DNA of 64,000 nt, taken from NCBI GenBank assembly GCA_965204725.1, contig OZ242005.1, positions 3,520,001 through 3,584,000 on the forward strand, given 5' to 3'. This stretch comes from Candidatus Latescibacterota bacterium. GTDB lineage: Bacteria; Latescibacterota; UBA2968; UBA8231. A program made the position numbers and the translations under genes. Below the pieces are notes generated by a model that did no database searches, had not been told where the DNA came from, and worked only from the letters and a program-made list of their open reading frames with translations. Of this stretch, positions 47,687 to 57,399 are shown piece by piece. The first letter of the stretch is position 1, and the number at the start of each line of letters is the position of its first letter.

Positions 47687-48155
47687 TGTCTAGCTCCTTC
47701 CAAACCTGTTCGACCGCTGCCCTAGCCATTTGCTCATCGCAACCGCGCCGGGCCAAAAAGCCCAGCATCCGCCGCTTGGCTTTGGTGGGCGTCAAGCCCC
47801 GGTAGCGCCAAGCCTGCTTGTTTAGCAGCTCGACCGCCTGTTCGCCCGAAGCGAGCACCGGGGCGAACTCGGCGAGGACCTCGTCAACGACGCTGGCGGG
47901 CACGCCTTTGTGCCGGAGGTCTTGGGCTAGTTTGCGCGCACCATTGGCCCGCTGCAACCGCGCCTCAACCCAGCGCCGGGCAAACTCGCGGTCGTCGAGG
48001 AGCTTCTGACGCTGTAAGTCGGCAATAACCTCGGCAACCACCTCGGCGGCAAAGCCCTTCTCCCCTAGCTTGTCGCGCACTTCGGCTACGGACCGCGCTC
48101 TATAGCTGAGGTAGCGATAGGCCGCGTCCTTGGCCTTTTGCCGTTGGTCGTCCAC
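47667..48155 (-). CDS. recX: RecA regulator RecX
   Basis: YLSYRARS..E, LLDDREFA and FLARRG; directly downstream of recA. Confidence 0.92.
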   Translation of the reverse strand: MDDQRQKAKDAAYRYLSYRARSVAEVRDKLGEKGFAAEVVAEVIADLQRQKLLDDREFARRWVEARLQRANGARKLAQDLRHKGVPASVVDEVLAEFAPVLASGEQAVELLNKQAWRYRGLTPTKAKRRMLGFLARRGCDEQMARAAVEQVWKELDSEVAGD

Positions 48156-49220
48156 TTATTCATCCGCCTTGCTGGCCTCGTCTCGTTCCACCGCCGCCTC
48201 AAGCCCCAACTCAACTCGCAGCTTGTGCTCTATCTCCGTGGCCACGGTTGCGTTTTCGCGCAGAAAGGTCCGGGCGTTGTCGCGGCCCTGCCCCAAGCGC
48301 TCGCCATTGTAGGAGAACCACGCCCCACTCTTGGCAATCAGCCCCTTGTCAACGCCGATGTCGATCAAATCGCCCTCCCAAGAGATGCCAATTTGGTCGC
48401 CGTGGAAAATCAGGTCGAACTCGGCTTCGCGAAAAGGGGGGGCCACTTTGTTTTTGGCGATCTTGACCCGAGTGCGATTGCCTATATCGAGGTCGCCGTT
48501 TTTGACGCGGGCAATGCGGCGGATGTCGATGCGCACCGAGGAGTAGAAAGGCAGGGCGCGCCCGCCGGTGGTGGTCTCCGGGTTGCCGAACATCACGCCG
48601 ATCTTCATGCGCAACTGGTTGAGGAAAATCAGACAGGTGTGCGAGCGGTTGATCGAGCCAGCCAGCTTGCGCAGGGCCTGAGACATCAGCCGCGCGTGTA
48701 AGCCCACGTGCGAATCGCCCATGTCGCCCTCCAACTCGGCTTGGGGAACCAGCGCGGCCACCGAATCGACCACGATGATATCAAAGGCACCGCTGCGGAC
48801 CAAGGTATCGACGATTTCGAGGGCCTGCTCGCCCGAATCCGGCTGCGATATGATCAAATTTTCCACATCGACGCCAATGCGCCGAGCGAAGCTGACATCT
48901 AGGGCGTGTTCGGCGTCGATAAAGGCCGCCGTGCCGTTCTGCTTTTGCGACTCGCGGATGGCGTGGAGCGAGAGCATGGTCTTGCCCGCTCCTTCTGGAC
49001 CGGATATTTCGACGATCCGCCCCTTGGGCAAGCCACCGATGCCCAAGGCTGCATCAACCGCCAGCGATCCGGTAGAGATCGCCTCTACCTCTTGCACCCC
49101 CCCCTCGTCGCCGAGGCGCATAATCGACCCCTTGCCGTACTGCTTTTCAATCTGCGACATCGCCAGTTCGAGTGCTCTGGCCTTGTTGCGGTCTGCGCGG
49201 TGTCCGTTCTCTTTCGCCAT
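48156..49220 (-). CDS. recA: Recombinase A
   Basis: [36 protein letters not shown] and KNKVAPPF; ATG at 49220. Confidence 0.98.
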   Translation of the reverse strand: MAKENGHRADRNKARALELAMSQIEKQYGKGSIMRLGDEGGVQEVEAISTGSLAVDAALGIGGLPKGRIVEISGPEGAGKTMLSLHAIRESQKQNGTAAFIDAEHALDVSFARRIGVDVENLIISQPDSGEQALEIVDTLVRSGAFDIIVVDSVAALVPQAELEGDMGDSHVGLHARLMSQALRKLAGSINRSHTCLIFLNQLRMKIGVMFGNPETTTGGRALPFYSSVRIDIRRIARVKNGDLDIGNRTRVKIAKNKVAPPFREAEFDLIFHGDQIGISWEGDLIDIGVDKGLIAKSGAWFSYNGERLGQGRDNARTFLRENATVATEIEHKLRVELGLEAAVERDEASKADE

Positions 49221-49255
49221 GGAAATCCCCTCAGTTGAGTTGAAGTGGTATCGGC

Positions 49256-49705
49256 CTAGCCCGCCCACTCGACCAAATAGGACGACGAGCGAATGACCGC
49301 GTTGCTGTACAGGCCGGCGATCACGTCGTCGGCCACAATGCCCCACCCTCCGGGCAGGGCTTCTAGCTGTCGCGCCGGGGGCGGCTTGACCACATCGAAG
49401 GCGCGGAAGACGAAGAAACCCGCGATAACCGTCCCAACGTCCGGGGGCAAAAACGCCACTGCAAAGAGAAAGCCCACCCCCTCGTCAACGACGACCTGCC
49501 CGGGGTCCTTGCCCCATTCCGGGGCCGCCCGGCCCGCGCTGTACACGCCAAGGGCCGAGGCGGCCAAAAGCACCCCGAGCCACTGCAGCATTCCCAAAGG
49601 CGGGAAAAACAACCCGTACAACACAGCGACGAGCGCGGTGCCAGCCGTACCGGGGGCCCATGGGGCATAGCCGACAAAAAAAAGCGTGGCGATCAGTCGG
49701 TTCAG
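49256..49705 (-). CDS. pgpA: Phosphatidylglycerophosphatase A (start uncertain)
   Basis: [27 protein letters not shown] and [10 protein letters not shown]. Confidence 0.9.
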   Translation of the reverse strand: MNRLIATLFFVGYAPWAPGTAGTALVAVLYGLFFPPLGMLQWLGVLLAASALGVYSAGRAAPEWGKDPGQVVVDEGVGFLFAVAFLPPDVGTVIAGFFVFRAFDVVKPPPARQLEALPGGWGIVADDVIAGLYSNAVIRSSSYLVEWAG

Positions 49706-49731
49706 AACAAACGCGTTCCTCTGCGCCGCGC

Positions 49732-50334
49732 TTAGGGTTCCTTGTAGGAAGAGGTCGCGCGGAACAGGTAGTGAAAACCCGATAGCAGCGTCAGCAGCAG
49801 CACCCCCGCCAACAAGGCATTGGCCAAAAGTTGGATTAGCTGGTCGTCGAGAAAGAAGAGATGACCTGCGGCAAAACGCCCCATAGCCTCCTCGAGGCCA
49901 ATGACAAAGAGTATGAAAATTACCGTGAAAAGCTGGACCGCGGTCTTCCACTTGGCCAAGCGCGAAGTGACCATCGGGCGGCCCCGGTACAGCCCGTAGA
50001 GGCGCATGCCCGTAATTAGGATGTCGCGCCCGACGATGGGCAAGACCAGCCAAAAATTGACCATTTTATCCAACGCGAGCGCAACGAGCGCCGACGTTAC
50101 CAAGATCTTGTCGGCCAATGGATCCAAGAAGCGCCCCAGCGGCGTCACTTGGTTGCCGGCACGCGCTAGTTTGCCGTCGTAGAAGTCGGTTAGCGAAGCC
50201 GCGCTGAAGACGACGAAGGCGAGACTTTTCAAATACCAAGTATCGGTGAGGAGCAACAGCAAAAACAGCGGCGTCAAACCGATCCTGAGCGCGGTCAGTC
50301 CGTTGGGCAAGTTAAAAATATCGCGCCGGTTCAT
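49732..50334 (-). CDS. pgsA: Phosphatidylglycerophosphate synthase
   Basis: LPNGLTALR and TDFYDGKLAR...GRFLDPLADK CDP-alcohol phosphotransferase motif. Confidence 0.93.
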   Translation of the reverse strand: MNRRDIFNLPNGLTALRIGLTPLFLLLLLTDTWYLKSLAFVVFSAASLTDFYDGKLARAGNQVTPLGRFLDPLADKILVTSALVALALDKMVNFWLVLPIVGRDILITGMRLYGLYRGRPMVTSRLAKWKTAVQLFTVIFILFVIGLEEAMGRFAAGHLFFLDDQLIQLLANALLAGVLLLTLLSGFHYLFRATSSYKEP

Positions 50335-50341
50335 GACAACC

Positions 50342-50938
50342 TTACAGCGAAGACCGGCCGGCAAAGGCGAGGGAGAGGGTGACGCTGTCGGCCAAGTCCA
50401 AATCCGCGCCCACCGGCAAGCCGCGTGCCAGCCGCGACACCTTAGTCAGCGGCATGAGCTGCTGCGCGATGAAGTGAGCGGTGGCATCGCCCTCGGCGTT
50501 GGCGTTGAGCGCGAGCATGACTTCCTGTACGCCCTGCTGCCGCACGCGCTCGACCAAGGAGTCGATGTGCAAATCCTCGGGCAGCACGCCGTCTTGGGGG
50601 GAGAGCACCCCACCGATCACGTGATACGCTCCAGAGTAGAACTGACTCATCTCAAAGGCCAGCACGTCGCTGGCTTCGGCCACCACGCAGAGGAACTGCT
50701 GGTCGCGCCGGGTGTCGCGACAGACTTCGCATAGCGGCTCGTCCTTTTGGGTGAAATTATAGCAGGTTGTGCAGTGGTCGATTTGGTCTTTGGCGGCAAC
50801 GAGTGCCTCGGCGAGCAGCTCGGCATCCTCGCGCGGCCTCTTGACCACATAGAGCGCCAAGCGCTGGGCTGTCTTGCGACCAATACCGGGCAGCTTGGCA
50901 AATGCGACGATCAAGTCTTCAAGGGCCAGAGGTTCCAT
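50342..50938 (-). CDS. recR: Recombination protein RecR
   Basis: LPGIGRKTAQRLA, C4 zinc finger, Toprim EGDATA and RLARGLPVG. Confidence 0.96.
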   Translation of the reverse strand: MEPLALEDLIVAFAKLPGIGRKTAQRLALYVVKRPREDAELLAEALVAAKDQIDHCTTCYNFTQKDEPLCEVCRDTRRDQQFLCVVAEASDVLAFEMSQFYSGAYHVIGGVLSPQDGVLPEDLHIDSLVERVRQQGVQEVMLALNANAEGDATAHFIAQQLMPLTKVSRLARGLPVGADLDLADSVTLSLAFAGRSSL

Positions 50939-50945
50939 AGGTCTC

Positions 50946-52580
50946 TCAGACTAACTCGCCGTCAAAAGTGTCGAGCACCGAGCGCAAGGCGGGGTCGGCC
51001 TCGGGCGGGGGCGCCGCCTGTGGGGCCGGCTGATCTCCTTTTTTTACTACGGCCTCCAAGCGCAGCCGCTGCCCGTACTGGGCCTCGGCTATCCCCTCTA
51101 GGCTTTCTCGATTTTTGAGCACTTGATTCATGGCAAAGCGGTCGGCGGCACCAAAGCTCAGCTTGAGCACGTGGCCCTCTAGCCCGTCTAAAGCCGCCCC
51201 ATTGAGAAAATGGGCCAGCGACGGCTTGGCGGCGCGCACGGCATTGACTAACTCGGCCCAAGTGGTGCGCACCTGATCAAAGCTCAGACCGCCAGCCGCA
51301 TTGCTCGACTCAGCAGGGGCGGCAATTTGCTGCTGGGCCGGGGGCGGAGGCGCAGCCGGTTCATTGCGCTTACTTGGACTTGGCGGCGGGGGCGCAGCCG
51401 GTTCGCGGCGACGGCTCGGGGGCGAGGGCGCAGCCGGGCGCGGCGCGGCACTTTCGAGCGACTGCAAGCGGCGCAGCAGCTCGCCCACATCGACAGACCG
51501 CCCCATCAGCGCCAGATGCACCAAGGCGATTTCCACGCGGAAGCGCGGCTGTACCGAGCGCTTTATATCCGCTTCTAAATCGAGGAGCGACTGCATCATG
51601 CGAAGTAGGTCGGCGACCGCCATGGCATCCGCGAGCTCGCCGCAGCGGCGGCGGGCGTCTTCGGCTAGGTCCAGCTCATCGGCCCGGCCCTGTATCTTAG
51701 CGAAGAGCAGGTGGCGCAAAAGCTCGACTAGGCCATAGACGAACTCCTCAATATCGGCCCCTTCGTCAACGGCTTGGGCGACGAGCTCCAGCACCCGGTC
51801 GGGCGCAGCGTCGCGCAGGGCGTCGAGCAATTCAAAATAGAGGCCGTGGTCGACGAGCCCCAGTACCTGAACCACGGCTTGCTGCGACACCTCCGGCTCA
51901 AAGGAGACCACTTGATCGAGTAGGCTCTCGGCGTCGCGCAAGGCACCGTCCGCACGGCTAGCCAGCAGGTGGAGTGCGCCCTCTTCGACCGCGATGCCTT
52001 CGGCTTGGGCAATGGTGGCGAGATGAGCGGCGATCTGCCCGGTTGAGATGCGGCGAAAATTGAAACGCTGACAGCGCGAGAGAATGGTTTCGGGGACCGC
52101 TTGCACCTCGGTGGTGGCGAAGATGAAAACCACGTGCTCCGGCGGCTCCTCCAGCGTCTTCAACAGCCCATTGAATGCCGCGGTCGAGAGCATGTGAACT
52201 TCGTCGATGATGTAGATCTTATAGACGCCTTCGGTCGCGGCGTAGCGCACCACCTCGCGCAACTCGCGGATGTCATCGATGCCATTGTTGGAGGCCCCGT
52301 CGATTTCCAGCACGTTCATGCTGATGGAGGCCGCGATGCTCTGGCAGGAATCGCACTCCTCGCAGGGATTGCCGTCGCGGGCCGCGACGCAGTTGAGGAC
52401 CTTGGCGAGAATCCGGGCGGTCGTGGTCTTGCCCACGCCGCGCGGGCCGCAAAACAGGTAGCACTGGGCGACGCGCCCGGAATGGACGGCGTTCTTTAAG
52501 GTGGCCGTGATATGCTCCTGCCCGACGACTTCGTCGAATTGGCGAGGACGCCACTTGCGCGCTGTTACCTGATAGGCCAT
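50946..52580 (-). CDS. dnaX: DNA polymerase III subunit gamma/tau
   Basis: ARKWRP, GPRGVGKTT, IIDEVHML, KTLEEPP and SRCQ. Confidence 0.97.
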   Translation of the reverse strand: MAYQVTARKWRPRQFDEVVGQEHITATLKNAVHSGRVAQCYLFCGPRGVGKTTTARILAKVLNCVAARDGNPCEECDSCQSIAASISMNVLEIDGASNNGIDDIRELREVVRYAATEGVYKIYIIDEVHMLSTAAFNGLLKTLEEPPEHVVFIFATTEVQAVPETILSRCQRFNFRRISTGQIAAHLATIAQAEGIAVEEGALHLLASRADGALRDAESLLDQVVSFEPEVSQQAVVQVLGLVDHGLYFELLDALRDAAPDRVLELVAQAVDEGADIEEFVYGLVELLRHLLFAKIQGRADELDLAEDARRRCGELADAMAVADLLRMMQSLLDLEADIKRSVQPRFRVEIALVHLALMGRSVDVGELLRRLQSLESAAPRPAAPSPPSRRREPAAPPPPSPSKRNEPAAPPPPAQQQIAAPAESSNAAGGLSFDQVRTTWAELVNAVRAAKPSLAHFLNGAALDGLEGHVLKLSFGAADRFAMNQVLKNRESLEGIAEAQYGQRLRLEAVVKKGDQPAPQAAPPPEADPALRSVLDTFDGELV

Positions 52581-52622
52581 TTGCGTTGCTCGACAGAGCT
52601 AAGTTGAAGGGAAAAACTAAAA

Positions 52623-52893
52623 GGCCGTGCACCCATCTTCGACCCCGCCCTCAGGCCTATCCAGTGCCAGTTGGCTCCAACCGGACGACTCTGCGGCACA
52701 CCAAGAGACATTCCTACCGCTGCTACCTTCCGGTCCTGACGGGGTTCAGAAGTTCTTGATTGCGCAGAATCCGGCCTTCAACACCACTTTGCTCTGGTCG
52801 AACAAGAGGAACGAAAACCTCTGGATGGGAATTCAATCCCGCTATAGCGGATTGCGGGTACAGGGCACCGCTATCTCCCCATCTAGCACGACC
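52623..52893 (-). ncRNA. ffs: Large bacterial SRP RNA (Alu plus S domains, ~270 nt)
   Basis: Minus strand starts GGTCGTGCTAGATGGGGAG..GCGGTGCCCTGTACCCGCAATCCGCTATAGCGGG; helix 8 GTCAGGACCGGAAGGTAGCAGC; 3' GCACGGCC pairs with the 5' end; lies upstream of dnaX. Confidence 0.93.
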
Positions 52894-52931
52894 TAAAATT
52901 CTGCATTTAACCAACGGGCACCCGGAAAATA

Positions 52932-53007
52932 TGGTGGAGCAGATGGGGATCGAACCCACGACCTCCAGATTGCGAACCTGGCGCTCTCCCAGCTGAGCTA
53001 CTGCCCC
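52932..53007 (-). tRNA. tRNA-Ala(CGC)
   Basis: GGGGCAGTAGCTCAG...CCAGG-TTCGCAA-TCTGG...GGTTCGATCCC...CCA, 76 nt. Confidence 0.96.
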
Positions 53008-53021
53008 ATCCGGATCAATTA

Positions 53022-53112
53022 TGGCGGAGAGAGTGGGATTCGAACCCACGGTAGGGGGTTGCCCTACACACGATTTCCAGTCGTGCACCTTCGACCACTC
53101 GGCCATCTCTCC
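53022..53112 (-). tRNA. tRNA-Ser(GGA)
   Basis: GGAGAGATGGCCGAGTGG...CACGA-CTGGAAA-TCGTG, long variable arm, GCCA end. Confidence 0.96.
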
Positions 53113-53133
53113 ACAAAAGCATTTTGCCTTAGA

Positions 53134-53223
<90 letters not shown>

Positions 53224-53228
53224 CCAAT

Positions 53229-53714
53229 CTACTTGGCCGCTCGCAGGGCCGTAAAAAACCCCTTGAGCAGCTCGGCACATTCTCGCTTTAGCACTCCGCC
53301 GCGGACCTGACAGCGATGATTGAGCCGCGGATCCTCCGCGACATTGCGCAACGAGCCGCAAGCACCGGATTTGGGATCTGCGGCCCCGAAGACCAACCGC
53401 GGCACCCGGGCCAAAACCACAGCCCCAGCGCACATGGCACAAGGCTCCAAGGTGGCATAGAGCGTCGTCGCCAACAGCCGCCGCGTCCCCAGTGCGGCTG
53501 CGGCTTGGCGCAAAGCCAACATCTCTGCGTGTGCCGTGGGATCCTGCGACGCTTCAATGGCATTGCCGGCTCGGCCCAAAACCCGCCCGGCTCTAACGAC
53601 GACAGCACCGACAGGCACCTCGCCGCGATGGCCGGCTAGCTCGGCCTCGCGCAGGGCCTCGCGCATCCAATGACCGTCTTCGGCGAATGAGCTAAGTTCT
53701 TCCGTATAGTTCAT
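53229..53714 (-). CDS. tadA: tRNA adenosine(34) deaminase
   Basis: EVPVGAVVV, DPTAHAE, TLEPCAMC and DPKSGACGS. Confidence 0.95.
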   Translation of the reverse strand: MNYTEELSSFAEDGHWMREALREAELAGHRGEVPVGAVVVRAGRVLGRAGNAIEASQDPTAHAEMLALRQAAAALGTRRLLATTLYATLEPCAMCAGAVVLARVPRLVFGAADPKSGACGSLRNVAEDPRLNHRCQVRGGVLKRECAELLKGFFTALRAAK

Positions 53715-53793
53715 TATGAGGCCGTTTTAAGGGGCCTCCCAAGCGGTGAAAATATAACGGCTGCCCAAAACAAGAGCAAGGCTTAGTGGCGCT

Positions 53794-54225
53794 TCAAAAG
53801 CGCTTGCGATAATGGTCGCGGGGGAACGAAGAAGAGGCCCGACGCTGCCAGTAACTTTTCGCGTCGGGAGCGATTTTGCGGTCGAGCGGGTCGCGCCCCA
53901 AAAGGCGCATACCCAACCCGATTAGCGTAAAAAGCGTGTAGAAAACCAGCCCCAAGAGCAGGTGGATATTGACAAAGGCCACGATTTTCGCCAGCCACAT
54001 ATAGGGAAAGTAGATCGGCTTGAGCGCGACGGGCAGCACCAGTCCGGCCCCGAGCAGCACCAGCGAGGCCGCGTGGACAAGCTGGGCGAGGCCGCTAGCT
54101 TCTACGTACCACAGATAGCCGCCTAGCAAGGCCAGCAACGCCGCCAGCACGAGTCCGAATCGGCGCAAATCGCCGCGGTTGGGAACCGCAATCCCCCAAT
54201 AGCTCTTGGCCTCAGTCAAGCTCAA
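53794..54225 (-). CDS. SxtJ family membrane protein
   Basis: DLRRFG, three TM segments, WM...LGLVFY...G...RLLGRDPL...SYW; coupled to the carbamoyltransferase. Confidence 0.8.
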   Translation of the reverse strand: MSLTEAKSYWGIAVPNRGDLRRFGLVLAALLALLGGYLWYVEASGLAQLVHAASLVLLGAGLVLPVALKPIYFPYMWLAKIVAFVNIHLLLGLVFYTLFTLIGLGMRLLGRDPLDRKIAPDAKSYWQRRASSSFPRDHYRKRF

Positions 54226-56035
54226 ACTCCTCTTGCCAATCCCGCTCTTCCTGCCACTGCGGCTGGTCTTGCTTGTCCAAGATATAAGAGCCTAGGACCA
54301 AAAAATCCATCTCGGTCCGCATGAAGCAGCGATAGGCGTCTTCTGGGCTTTGGACGATAGGTTCGCCGCGCACGTTGAAGGACGTGTTGACGACCACGGG
54401 ATATCCGGTCAGGCTCTGAAAGGCGCGAATCACGTCGTAGTAGCGCGGGTGATCTTGCCGGCGCAGTGTCTGCACCCGCGCCGAGTAATCGACGTGGGTG
54501 ACGGCCGGCATGTCCGAGCGCGGCACGTTTAGCTTGTCAATGCCGAACAGCCGCTGCTGGTCCTCGCTCATGGGAATCTGCCGTTCTGCTTTAATTGGGG
54601 CCACTTGCAGCATGTAGGGCGAGTCGGCATCTAGCTCAAAAAACTCGTGTACGCATTCGCGCAGGACCGTCGGGGCAAAGGGGCGGAAACTCTCGCGGAA
54701 CTTGATCTTGCGGTTCATCACCGACTGCATCTGGGGGGAGCGCGGGTCGCCTAAAATCGACCGGGCGCCGAGCGCCCGCGGCCCAAATTCCATCCGCCCC
54801 TGAAAAAAGCCGACGACCTTGCCCGCGGCCAAGAGCTCGGCCACGCGCACCGGCAACTCGTCCTCGGCGAGCTTGTGCGCCACCCCCGCCTGCTTCTCAA
54901 GGTATTGGTAGATTTCTTCGTCCCCGTACTCCGGCCCCAACAGCGACGCCCGCATCGCGTCGTTTTCGCCATCTGCCATGCGCTCGTGGCCCAAGTGGTT
55001 GTACCACAGCACCAGCGCGACGCCCAAGGCCCCGCCGGCATCGCCCGCGGCCGGCTGGATCCAGATGTTTTCAAAGGGGGCCTCGCGCAAAATGCGGCCG
55101 TTGCCGACGCAGTTGAGGGCCACGCCACCGGCCAGACACAAGTTTTTGAGCTTGGTTTCTCTGTACACCGTGCGGGCAATGCGCAACATGACTTCCTCGG
55201 TGACGACCTGACAGGAGCGCGCAATATCCATCTCGCGCTGAGTCAGCGGCGTCTCGGGCGACCGCGGCGCTCCCCCAAACAGCTCGTCCATTGCCCGACT
55301 GGTCATCGTCAGGCCGGATAGGAAGTTGAAATAACGAGTATTGAGCTTGAAAGAGCCGTCGTCCTTCAGGTCAATGATCTCGTCGAGCATGAGATCGACG
55401 TATTTAGGCTCGCCATAAGGGGCCAACCCCATCAGCTTGTACTCGCCGGAGTTGACCTTAAAGCCGGCAAAATAGGTAAAAGCCGAATAGAACAAACCGA
55501 GCGAGTGGGGAAACTTGATGTCGGCTAGCGTGTGAATTTCGGCACCTCGGCCGTAGCCGTAGCTGGTCGTGGTCCACTCGCCCACCCCGTCCAGAGTAGC
55601 AATGGCCGCTTCTTGGTACGGAGACGGATAGAAAGCCGACGCGGCGTGCGACTCGTGATGGTCGCCGAACAGCACGGGGACATCGCAACCTAGCTGCTCT
55701 TGAATCAACTGCGGGATCCACAGTTTTTCTTCGAGCCATACCCGCATGCTCTTCCAGTAGAGGCGAAGGCCCAACGGCGCCGTGCCGAGATGGGTCTCTA
55801 GCAGGCGTTCAAAGGTCAGCAAGGGTTTGTCGTAAAACCCCACGCAGTGCAGGTCTTTGGCCTCAATACCGCCCTCTCGCAGGCAGTACTCGACGGCGCG
55901 GGAGGGAAAGTTTGGATCGTGCTTAATGCGCGAGAATCGCTCCTCCTGCGCCGCGGCGACAATCGCTCCGTCGCGCACCAAACAGGCCGCACTATCGTGA
56001 TAAAACGCGGAAATGCCGAGGATGTGAGTGGCCAT
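54212..56035 (-). CDS. Carbamoyltransferase (CmcH/NodU family)
   Basis: GISAFYHDSAA, EERFSR, HHESHAASAF, GEYKLMGLAPYG, EFGPRALG and NTSFNVRGEP. Confidence 0.95.
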   Translation of the reverse strand: MATHILGISAFYHDSAACLVRDGAIVAAAQEERFSRIKHDPNFPSRAVEYCLREGGIEAKDLHCVGFYDKPLLTFERLLETHLGTAPLGLRLYWKSMRVWLEEKLWIPQLIQEQLGCDVPVLFGDHHESHAASAFYPSPYQEAAIATLDGVGEWTTTSYGYGRGAEIHTLADIKFPHSLGLFYSAFTYFAGFKVNSGEYKLMGLAPYGEPKYVDLMLDEIIDLKDDGSFKLNTRYFNFLSGLTMTSRAMDELFGGAPRSPETPLTQREMDIARSCQVVTEEVMLRIARTVYRETKLKNLCLAGGVALNCVGNGRILREAPFENIWIQPAAGDAGGALGVALVLWYNHLGHERMADGENDAMRASLLGPEYGDEEIYQYLEKQAGVAHKLAEDELPVRVAELLAAGKVVGFFQGRMEFGPRALGARSILGDPRSPQMQSVMNRKIKFRESFRPFAPTVLRECVHEFFELDADSPYMLQVAPIKAERQIPMSEDQQRLFGIDKLNVPRSDMPAVTHVDYSARVQTLRRQDHPRYYDVIRAFQSLTGYPVVVNTSFNVRGEPIVQSPEDAYRCFMRTEMDFLVLGSYILDKQDQPQWQEERDWQEEFELD

Positions 56036-56042
56036 AAGGAGC

Positions 56043-56071
56043 TTGACAAACTGGGGTATTGCAGCGATACT
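56043..56071 (+). promoter_or_regulatory. Sigma70-type promoter TTGACA-N17-GATACT upstream of lysA
   Basis: Near-consensus hexamers with 17-nt spacer in the divergent AT-rich intergenic region. Confidence 0.6.
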
Positions 56072-56127
56072 AAAAAGGTTTCATAAGCTACGGATTCTAT
56101 TGAAAAATATCAAGTTAGGTTCATTTA

Positions 56128-57399
56128 ATGGAACGGCTTTCACTCCTGTCTGAAGACCAAATTCGCGCCGTCCAACGCCAGTTTGGGACGCCCTCCTTTG
56201 TCTATGACCAAAAGACCTTGGAATCCCAAGCCCAAAAGGCCCTGACCTTTCCCAACGCCTACGGTCTGACCGTGCGCTATGCGGTGAAAGCCTGCCCCGC
56301 AGCCGGCGTGATCCGCATTCTCAACCGCGCCGGCCTGCACATCGACGCGAGCAGTGGGTACGAAGCACGGCGGGCCATGCGCGCGGGCGTCCCCGCGGCC
56401 CAGATTCAGATTACGGCCCAGCAACTACCCGACAATTTAGCAGACCTCGTGGGCCAAGGCGTCCTCTTCAATGCCTGTTCCCTGCATCAGCTCGCAGCCT
56501 ATGGCCGGCTCTTTCCGGGCCGCGAGGTCTCCGTGCGCGTCAACCCAGGCTTGGGCTCGGGACATAGCAATCGCACCAATACGGGCGGCCCTTCGGCCAG
56601 CTTCGGCATCTGGCACGAACACCTCGGGCAAGTGCGGGCCACGGCCGCGGCCCACAACTTGCACATCACCGGCTTGCACAGCCATATCGGCTCGGGCAAC
56701 GACCCGGCAGTCTGGCAGCACTGCGCTCGGCTAACGCTCGGCGTGGCCGCCCAGTTGCCCGAGGTCCGGCGCGTGAATATGGGCGGCGGCTTTAAGGTCG
56801 GGCGCATGGCCGCCGAAGCATCGACCGACTTGCGCACAGCCGGCCAACCGGTCGCCAGCGAATTCAATCGCTTCGCTCGCGAGCACGGCCGCAAACTGCA
56901 TCTCGAAATCGAACCGGGGACCTTCTTGGTGGGCAATGCCGGGGCCATCGTCTGTAGCGTCGTTGACGTCGTTGACACCGGCCAAGAGGGGTATTCCTTC
57001 ATCAAGGTCGATAGCGGCATGACCGAAGCACTGCGCCCCAGCCTGTACGGGGCGCAACATCCCATCGTCGTAGTTCCGGCCACGCCAGAGGAGCGCGGCC
57101 AAGGCGAGTACCTAATCGCCGGGCATTGCTGTGAAAGTGGGGACATCCTCACGCCGGCCCCGGGCAACTCCGAAGAGCTAGCCCCGCGCGTCCTCGCCGA
57201 GCCGCGCATTGGCGACGCGGTTTTTATCGGCGGCAGCGGGGCCTACTGCGCGGGCATGGCCGCCAAAAACTACAATTCCTTCCCGGAAGCGTGCGAAGTA
57301 CTGGTCGGCACCGACGGCGAACTCCACCTGCTGCGCCAGCGACAGACCCTCGACCAAATCGTCGCCAACGAGTCCCTACCCGCTTTCCTCAGCACCTGA
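56128..57399 (+). CDS. lysA: Diaminopimelate decarboxylase
   Basis: YAVKA (PLP Lys), HSHIGSG, GGGF, EPG, CESGD and GAY. Confidence 0.88.
   Translation: MERLSLLSEDQIRAVQRQFGTPSFVYDQKTLESQAQKALTFPNAYGLTVRYAVKACPAAGVIRILNRAGLHIDASSGYEARRAMRAGVPAAQIQITAQQLPDNLADLVGQGVLFNACSLHQLAAYGRLFPGREVSVRVNPGLGSGHSNRTNTGGPSASFGIWHEHLGQVRATAAAHNLHITGLHSHIGSGNDPAVWQHCARLTLGVAAQLPEVRRVNMGGGFKVGRMAAEASTDLRTAGQPVASEFNRFAREHGRKLHLEIEPGTFLVGNAGAIVCSVVDVVDTGQEGYSFIKVDSGMTEALRPSLYGAQHPIVVVPATPEERGQGEYLIAGHCCESGDILTPAPGNSEELAPRVLAEPRIGDAVFIGGSGAYCAGMAAKNYNSFPEACEVLVGTDGELHLLRQRQTLDQIVANESLPAFLST

Noticed and set aside
51039-51045. A-AAA-AAA slippery run in dnaX (possible tau/gamma -1 frameshift)
   Set aside because: It lies only ~30 codons from the end; the -1 product would be almost the same length, unlike a gamma subunit, and no clear stimulatory hairpin is visible.
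53794-56035. Saxitoxin biosynthesis cluster
   Set aside because: No sxtA, sxtG or other core genes are present; the carbamoyltransferase-SxtJ module is widespread.
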